DNA of 64,000 nt, taken from Octopus vulgaris. Taxonomy: Eukaryota. The position numbers and the translations under genes were made by a program. Within the stretch, counting starts at the first letter, position 1; every line of letters begins with the position of its first letter. Positions 55,526-64,000 of the stretch are shown here, piece by piece. The notes below the pieces were generated by a model that was not told the DNA's origin, did no database searches, and saw only the letters and a program-made list of their open reading frames with translations. The stretch is taken from contig OX597823.1 in NCBI GenBank assembly GCA_951406725.2, positions 103,354,001 to 103,418,000 of the forward strand. The letters are read 5' to 3'.

Positions 55526-56179
55526 TGCATGGTATGTATATATATATATAAGTATCAGTTTGTATGAAAGTTTTATGACTTTATTCTGTTGTTTTAATAG
55601 TTGTTGTTGTTGTTGTAGACAAGCAACTTGATCTCGTTTTCATTGTAATATTTAAGCCTCAAAACGCCTTATACTCGTTTGCCAAGGTTTTTTATGCGTG
55701 CGCGCTCACAAACGCACACATTCACGTCCCTTATGCGCAGGCTACAAGCACGTAAGCATACGCACATGCGCACACATATGTATTCATATATGCACACACA
55801 CACATACACAATACAGTATACAGTATAATAGAATCTATATCACCACGAAGCTTATTCGCATTAATACTGGTAGATTGTGACCATTCACGCAAACCTCTTG
55901 GTGGTCTGACAGACAAAAAATTAAGGCTAGTGGGACGGTGGGAAGTAAAAGTGTGATTGTTAAGAGACTGCACTTAAAGAACGTACTATGACCTGCCATT
56001 GTCGAGGAAATATTGTAAATTCTCCAACAGGGTGCTCAGTGGAACAGGCGAAGCATCTACGGGTTTATGCTTTGGTATATCTAAGGTTGTCAGTTCGAAA
56101 TTCGCTGCAGCTGTTACTGTTGTATATCGCATAGGAAGAAAAATGTTTGAAATGTTATTTGCTGCCACTTTATCAAAAC

Positions 56180-56624
56180 TAGCCGTGGCTCCCTAGTAAG
56201 AAGATGTATGCAACCACATAGCTTCGGGTTCAGTCTCACTGCATGGCCCCATGGGCAAGTATGTTTCACACCGATCAAAACTTTGTGAGCGGATTTGGTA
56301 GACGGAAACTGAAAAAAATCCGTCGTACATACACACACGTATTATTGTGGGGGCTAAGATAGAATTATGATAACCGAAACGGCTATAAATCGAGATTCTG
56401 CCTTTTTGTAACTAATTAATAAATGATATTTGATATAAATCAATTGTTATACATTAATTGTATCTCCAATTTCTGTTTTCCTTTGAATATTGATAAACTC
56501 TAGTTTATTTTTGTCATTATCTATCATTTATGAGCATTAACACCAATGCTCATGATTAAATTTAGTTAATACACCAGATGTGAACATCTCTTTAATGGTT
56601 CTTATAACCTCTAACTTATCCTCA

Positions 56625-56670
<46 letters not shown>

Positions 56671-56686
56671 GTGTGTGTGTGTGTGC

Positions 56687-56723
<37 letters not shown>

Positions 56724-56749
56724 AACAGTCTTTGTGATGTTGCAGCTTT

Positions 56750-56789
<40 letters not shown>

Positions 56790-57035
56790 TAAATGTTTTG
56801 GGATTTGTGAGTGCGAGTGTGTGTTTGTGTTTGACTCCAACGACTGGCTGACAACCAATATTAGTTTGTTTACGCCCCCATAACTTAGTGGTTTGCCAAA
56901 AGAGTCTTACAGAATAAGTACTAGATTTACAAAGAAAGCTTAAATACTGGAGCAGTTTGTTCGATTAAAAATGCTTCAAGACAGTGCTCCAGCAAGGCCG
57001 CAGTCCAGTGTGTGAAACAAATAAAAGATAAAAGA
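56180..57035 (+). mobile_element. SINE family B split by inserts in its internal microsatellite
   Basis: 5' half 56180-56330, 3' half 56820-57035, with a unique insert at 56340-56627 ending at (TA)n. Confidence 0.7.
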
Positions 57036-58218
57036 AAGACAAATCCGTTTTATATAATATTGGATTCTGAATTTTGTGTTTCATGAAAAATGGTGATCAA
57101 GATGATGGTTTACGATATCTAATACTCAATATGTATAACAAAAGAAAAAAATATATGAGTTAGCGGTGAATGAAAAAAAGTATATAAAGAATAAATAGAA
57201 AAAAATGGTATAAATATGTAAATGTAATTGCTGCTAGATAGTTTTAGCTTGGTACTGATGCATTTCTGTATTTTTTTATACTATACGTCCATGCGAGATG
57301 CTTTCTCGAGACAACTAGCGCAGTTTCCAAACTTTCAACAGTATATCCATGTTAAGTATGATATACTATGTTGAACTAATACTGTTTCGGTCGTTAATAA
57401 TGAATTTTTATTCATTCTGCCAGCTTGCTGCGACACTCGTTATTCATTAATCACTGTTTTTCTAAATCAGTTGTAGCAGCTAAATGCCTCTTAGCATGCG
57501 GTGCTAATGTATGCATGCTACTAACATCGTTCTTGCATGTATTGACTTGGAAAGGTTCAAGAAGCACATTGGTGGTATCAATCACTCTGGTGTAGGGGAG
57601 GTTGCAAAGATCATGGGCACTTGCCCCTTCCTCTAGGTCAAGTAAGTAAATGCTTGTATATGTATATATGTACATAAACATATATGCGTGTGTATGTATA
57701 TATATATGTACACACACGCTCTGGATATGACACTAAATTGCATCCGAAAGTGAAACTCTAGTTCTGGAGGTCTGGAGTTATGAGAAGCGTGGAGTCATCC
57801 TTTCATTACCATTCCTCCCAGGTCCATTTTGACTCGGAACGGTAGTATCTGCCAGGATGCCATATATGGGGTGAGTAGATTTCTCAGGTTCAGGAAGTTC
57901 CTGTTATTTTTGACAAAACCGTGGGAAAGGCAGCTCTTCTAGAATGACACTCTGATATAAAACTTATCAAAATAGTAGCAGTCACCTTGCAGTGCTGATA
58001 ACTGGAATCTACTATGTGGACCGAGAGATCCAATGGGATACGCATGTGTGATTATCATTTCAATTCTTGATTCGTTTTGTATTTTATAAAGTTCTATGGC
58101 GATGGATGCATAGAAAAGTCCTATACACGCGTATGTAAAGATAAAAGTAAATCAGAACAATCAGGCTAAATGTGAGACGGCTATAATCTGACTAAATGAG
58201 GCAATGACTTGGGTACTC

Positions 58219-58383
<165 letters not shown>

Positions 58384-58993
58384 CATACATATATATATAT
58401 ATGTGTGTGTGCGTGTAGCAGCAGCATCGTCTCAGCTGTGAGGGCAGTACCCCGTTTTGGGCCCCGTTGTTGCTTTGTAGAATCTTAATGATTTTCGGAT
58501 TCTGAAGTATCATTTTGCTTTTGAAGAGAAGGTTCAGTCGTTGAAATGTGGTTCTAGCAATGTTAACCATATGCTTTCTTCACCACGAGAGACCTTCGAT
58601 GAGAGCATGACCCAACATTTATAATGTTGATTTCAAAGTCTTATTCAAATTGAGTTGAATAAGGCAGTACTGGTCTGAGAGATATTAGAATCTACACGAG
58701 TCGAGTTCTTTATTCAGGCAATGTTTACTGATTTTAAGTACTTAAAAACGTTTCAATGGCTTCCTCTTCTTATTTCTGTTAGAAATACAACGTTTTAAAT
58801 ATAAGCAATCAGATGCGTGATCCGCAATATTGGTGAAACTGAATAATAGCAAATAATAATCTCAGTATTACAGTATTTGCAAATATCCTGCTTCTATATA
58901 GTGAAAGTTTTCCTCTTGTTTGTGACCGCGTGTGTACCGTTGGCGATTTTTTTCCCCTCTGTCTGCCCTTCTCTGGATCTTTCCTTCTCCTAT

Positions 58994-59028
58994 GTTTCCG
59001 ACGAAGAGCTCCGCTCGAAACGTTAGAC
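58994..59028 (+). ncRNA. Minimal hammerhead (U4C core) in a short element (~58860-59118)
   Basis: GTTT-CCGACGA-a GAGC TCC GCTC-GAAA-CG-TT-AGAC. The element's 3' end runs into (TATC)n. Confidence 0.65.
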
Positions 59029-59117
59029 CCTCCTTCTTCCCTTCTTTTCTGAGCATCCAATAATACTATATTTGTTCCACGTCCTCGCGTTGTTGTGTTT
59101 TCATGTTTGGATTAACT

Positions 59118-59231
<114 letters not shown>

Positions 59232-59677
59232 GTCTGTCTGTCTGTCTGTGTGTCTGTGTGTGTCTGTCTGTCTGTCTGTCTACCTATCTACCTATCTATC
59301 TATGTAATTTGTCCAGTCTGTGTTCAGCTCTGTGAGACTAATAAAGAAATATAGCTGTCTGTCTGACTGTCTGTCTGTTTGTCTGTATGTCTGTTTGTCT
59401 GTTTGTCTATCTGTTTGTCTGTCTGCCTTCATGTGTGTGTGTGTGTGTATCTGTACATGTGTGTGTGTGTGTGTGTGAGCATATATAGATTCATGCGTGC
59501 ATATATCAAGGGTCGTATACAAACAAACACACATTGATGTATTCATTCTCACTCACCCCGCACATACACTTATATATGCATACATGCACAAATACTAATA
59601 ACATAAGTACTTATATTATACATAATACACACACATATACATATATTTATATATACACTTACAGATGTGTATATATG

Positions 59678-59763
<86 letters not shown>

Positions 59764-60452
59764 TAGAAAAAACCTCCTTTTATCAATTAAAAAGGAAAAA
59801 TTAAATTACACCATCTAGAAAATTACATATAATAGAAAGATTAAATATAAGATAAAAAATATGCCGATGATTATGTAATGTGCAAAATAATAAATAAAAC
59901 GTATATATTTGGTAGAATTATATGTAGTTTTCTCGATGGTGTAATTTAATTTTTCATTTTGAATTGATAAAAGGGTTTTTTTTTCTAATTTATATATATA
60001 TTATATTTTGTGAAATTTGATTTAGTATTTCTAAATTGAATTTTTCCCTGTACGTTTGGAATGATATTCCCTCAAATTATTATTATTCTTATATATATAT
60101 ATATATTTATATATACACACGTCTCACCCAATGTTCTCTCATTTTCTTCTTTTTCCTCTAGTCTTTCATCAAACGATTGAAGCAATCTGTTACAATCTAA
60201 CACTACTAAGTAACTAACTGACGAACCAACGAACCAACGAACCAACCAGCCAACCAACCAACCAGTCACTAGCACACTATTCCATTCATCCAACTAACAA
60301 GCGATCCAGCGATCCAGCGATCCAGCTGTTAACCAAACGGTGAGTAGTGTTATTTCTTATTTATTTTCTAAATATACGAACAAATGCATTTCTTCAAACG
60401 TTCCAATACACATGTGTGTGTGCGCGCGCATATATATAATTATATATATAGA

Positions 60453-60488
<36 letters not shown>

Positions 60489-60506
60489 TGTATGTATATA
60501 TATATG

Positions 60507-60549
<43 letters not shown>

Positions 60550-61033
60550 TACCAAGTAAGTTAGGGGTTGTGGATCCAACCCACTATACCTAAATTATTA
60601 ATACACAAGTGTTTTTAATTGCAATGCAATAAACTTACTTATTGTATTAAATGGGTGAAGGTAAAGAAATATTTTACCATTAATTTATATTACAAATAAG
60701 AAAATGGAGAAACACATTAGTTGGTTTATCAGCTTTAGGATATCAGAATGTTGACTTATTTATTTATCAAAACGACTATGGTTGTCGTTTTGATAAATAA
60801 ATCACTCAACATTCTGATATCTTAAAGCTGATAAACCAACTAATGTGTTTCTCCATTTTCTTATTTTAGTATATATATATACCAATTAAGGACTGAGCAC
60901 GAAAAGTGGACAGTCAGCATGCTAGATATAGACGTCAAATCGCCATTCTCCACAAAAGATTATGTTCTCAAATCAAACTCAGCACAAAACCAAAGCAATA
61001 AACAAGTGAAAATATACGAAATAAAATAATTAC

Positions 61034-61097
61034 CCATGTACTGATCAGTTTCGGCTATTATTATCCGCAAGAATAACTGCAGCCTTCATCAGCATGG
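61034..61097 (-). ncRNA. Canonical type I hammerhead ribozyme (unit 1)
   Basis: Minus strand CCATG-CTGATGA-a GGCT gcag TTATTC ttgc GGATAA taat AGCC-GAAA-CTGATCAG-TA-CATGG. Confidence 0.9.
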
Positions 61098-61537
61098 TCC
61101 GTTAAGAATGCAATTTGCTGGACTAGATGCAAAAACGATACCGGAGTATCGCGTGCATGGAGTTCAACCTATTACATTCGAATGTATCTTTCAAATGTCT
61201 CTACTTTGGCGCGTTGAGACCCGAAAAACCAGCCTGACGCTAATAATTAGCAGCAGTCAATTTATCGGTTAGAGAACATATTTATTTATATAAAATTAAT
61301 TAAGGGTAGAAATTGATATTTATCAATTAAAACCAGTGGTCTAGCATATTAAAAAAGAATCCGAAGATTAAAATATTTATATATACCAATTAAGGACTGA
61401 ACACGAAAAGTGGACAGTCAACATGCTAGATATAGACGTTAAATCGCCATTCTCCACAAAAGATTATGTTCTCAAATCAAACTTAGCACAAAACCAAAGC
61501 AATAAACAAGTGAAAATATACGAAATAAAATAATTAC

Positions 61538-61601
61538 CCATGTACTGATCAGTTTCGGCTATTATTATCCGCAAGGATAACTGCAGCCTTCATCAGCATG
61601 G
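61538..61601 (-). ncRNA. Canonical type I hammerhead ribozyme (unit 2)
   Basis: Minus strand CCATG-CTGATGA-a GGCT gcag TTATCC ttgc GGATAA taat AGCC-GAAA-CTGATCAG-TA-CATGG. Confidence 0.9.
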
Positions 61602-61904
61602 TCCGTTAAGAATGCAATTTGCTGGACTAGATGCAAAAACGATACCGGAGTATCGCGTGCATGGAGTTCAACCTATTACATTCGAATGTATCTTTCAAAT
61701 GCCTCTACTTTGGCGCGTTGAGATCCGAAAAAACCAGCCTGACGCTAATAATTAGCAGCAGTCAATTTATCGGTTAGAGAACATATTTATTTATATAAAA
61801 TTAATTAAGGGTAGAAATTGATATTTATCAATTAAAACCAGTGGTCTAGCATATTAAAAAAGAATCCGAAGATTAAAATATTTATATATACCAATTAAGG
61901 ACTG

Positions 61905-61995
<91 letters not shown>

Positions 61996-62006
61996 ATATG
62001 TATGTA

Positions 62007-62075
<69 letters not shown>

Positions 62076-62090
62076 TTATTATATAGAAGG

Positions 62091-62141
62091 AGCTTCTACA
62101 GGACTAGTACTGTTTCATTCAAGAGAAATCTTCAGGAAGCT
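62091..62141 (-). ncRNA. Type I hammerhead ribozyme near the 3' end of a further (TA)n-anchored element
   Basis: Minus strand AGCTTC-CTGAAGA-t TTC tctt GAA t-GAAA-CAG tactagtc CTG-TA-GAAGCT. Perfect 6-bp stem I, GUA triplet. Confidence 0.78.
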
Positions 62142-62329
62142 ATTTAACAAGAATTGTATTAGCATTTATACATTTAGGCAGGTTTAAAGGAGTGGTGGTG
62201 GGGGACTTTTTGGGGGTAGGCATAGCGCAAAATATCATACTCGGGGGAGTGGTCAAGGAGTCAGTGGTAAGTTAGATGAAAGAATAGATAAATAAAATAG
62301 ATAAATAAAAAAAATAAAAAAATAAAAAA

Positions 62330-62360
<31 letters not shown>

Positions 62361-62586
62361 TAAAATAAAAAAATAAAAAATAAAATAAAAAAATAAAAAA
62401 TATAAAAAATATATATAAAAAATATATATATAAAATATATATATATATAAAAAAAATATAAAAAAATATATATATAAAAAGGGGGGATAGAGTTATAGGT
62501 AAATAAGGAGATTCTCACTTATACCTATACACACATGTATACGTATCTACACACACATACATACATACACATATATATACACACAC

Positions 62587-62633
<47 letters not shown>

Positions 62634-63078
62634 CCTACACATACACACATACATACATACAAATATACATATACATATATATATATATATACAATCCAAT
62701 ACAGGCCCATTCCCTAATTTTAATTTTATTATCTTCATTTATTACTTTTGTTATCTTTGATCGCTAGGGCTAAGAATCCTGGCAATGGCTGCCTGTCCAT
62801 TTGTCTGTCTACTAGAAGGCAAGTACTCATTCCCGCACGCACACTCATTAGCACGTACATTCACCCATTCGTACACTCATACACATACACGTACGCACGC
62901 GTTATATTCATACATACAAACATCTACATACGTTCACGTATATACACATACGTACTCGTACCTACAGATTCGTGTCTACACTTTAGGAGGCTAGTCTATA
63001 CATATACACCAATAAATATACATATATATATATATATATATATACCCGCATATACATACACACACACACATATATATA

Positions 63079-63098
63079 CTCCTACATACAGATACATA

Positions 63099-63144
<46 letters not shown>

Positions 63145-63346
63145 CATATATATATATACACATACATACACATACACACATACATATACACACACATACA
63201 TACACATATATATATACATACACAAACATATATACACACATATATATATACATACACACATACACACATACATACGTATACATACATACATACATCCATA
63301 CATCCATACTTACATGCATTTATACGCATACACACACCCATCTATA

Positions 63347-63385
<39 letters not shown>

Positions 63386-63696
63386 TCACACATACATATA
63401 CAAATCTACGCACACACATACATACATACACGTATACGCATACACGCACATACACATATACATGCGTACCCATACACGTGCACACACGCACGCGCATCCA
63501 TATATATACACACACACACATATATATACACGTGTGCAAACACGTGTGTATATATATGTGTGTGTGTGTATATATATGGATGCGCGTGCGTGTGTGCACG
63601 TGTATGGGTACGCATGTATATGTGTATGTGCGTGTATGCGTATACGTGTATGTATGTATGTGTGTGCGTAGATTTGTATATGTATGTGTGAGTGTG

Positions 63697-63728
<32 letters not shown>

Positions 63729-63922
63729 TATAGATGGGTGTGTGTATGCGTATAAATGCATGTAAGTATGGATGTATGGATGTATGTATGTATGTATACG
63801 TATGTATGTGTGTATGTGTGTATGTATATATATATGTGTGTATATGTGTGTGTATGTATATATATATGTGTGTATGTATGTGTGTGTATATGTATGTGTG
63901 TATGTGTATGTATGTGTATATA

Positions 63923-63970
<48 letters not shown>

Positions 63971-63990
63971 TATGTATCTGTATGTAGGAG
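63079..63990. repeat. ~900-bp near-perfect palindrome centred on a GCAA loop (63536-63539)
   Basis: Unique landmarks are mirrored: CTCCTACATACAGATAC/GTATCTGTATGTAGGAG, CATCCATACTTACATGC/GCATGTAAGTATGGATG and ACAAATCTACGC/GCGTAGATTTGT. It appears to continue past the window edge. Confidence 0.92.
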
Positions 63991-64000
63991 ATATATATGT

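Larger units (their letters stand above)
60881..61908 (-). mobile_element. Tandem array of 504/505-bp HHR-containing units (retrozyme-like or PLE pLTR tandem)
   Basis: Units start ACCAATTAAGGACTGA at 60881, 61385 and 61890 (partial). They differ by about 7 substitutions and one A-tract indel by eye. Non-coding, with TA runs on both flanks. Confidence 0.85.

Noticed and set aside
60881-61908. CRISPR array or ordinary satellite
   Set aside because: Eukaryotic context, no short repeat and unique spacer alternation, and only two long units, each with a ribozyme.

Overview
Gene-poor, AT-rich animal genomic DNA (intergenic or deep intronic), saturated with microsatellites ((TA)n, (CA)n, (TATG)n, (TATC)n, (TTC)n) and transposon debris. 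The tRNA-derived SINE families resemble those I recall from Octopus genomes, so the host call is inference. I find no supportable host gene, and almost all listed ORFs are translations of microsatellites. Recognisable elements: a full-length decayed Tc1 element, maT/mariner ends, a complete non-autonomous Helitron plus a RepHel remnant, RTE and HERO-like LINE fragments, three SINE families, and two Penelope-like (PLE) coding remnants (one GIY-YIG copy with a 5' inversion, one Naiad-like). The main hidden signal is about 22 type I hammerhead ribozyme (HHR) motifs, roughly 19 well formed and 3 decayed, in about ten short element families that mostly abut (TA)n tracts. These include (i) a young tandem array of 504/505-bp units, each with a canonical HHR (retrozyme-like, predicting a 504-nt monomer or circle), (ii) unusual core variants (A3-U8 covariation, conserved A6U, U4C, very long stem II), and (iii) frequent fold-back inverted duplications at element 5' ends. 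All folds were derived by eye and none was computed.
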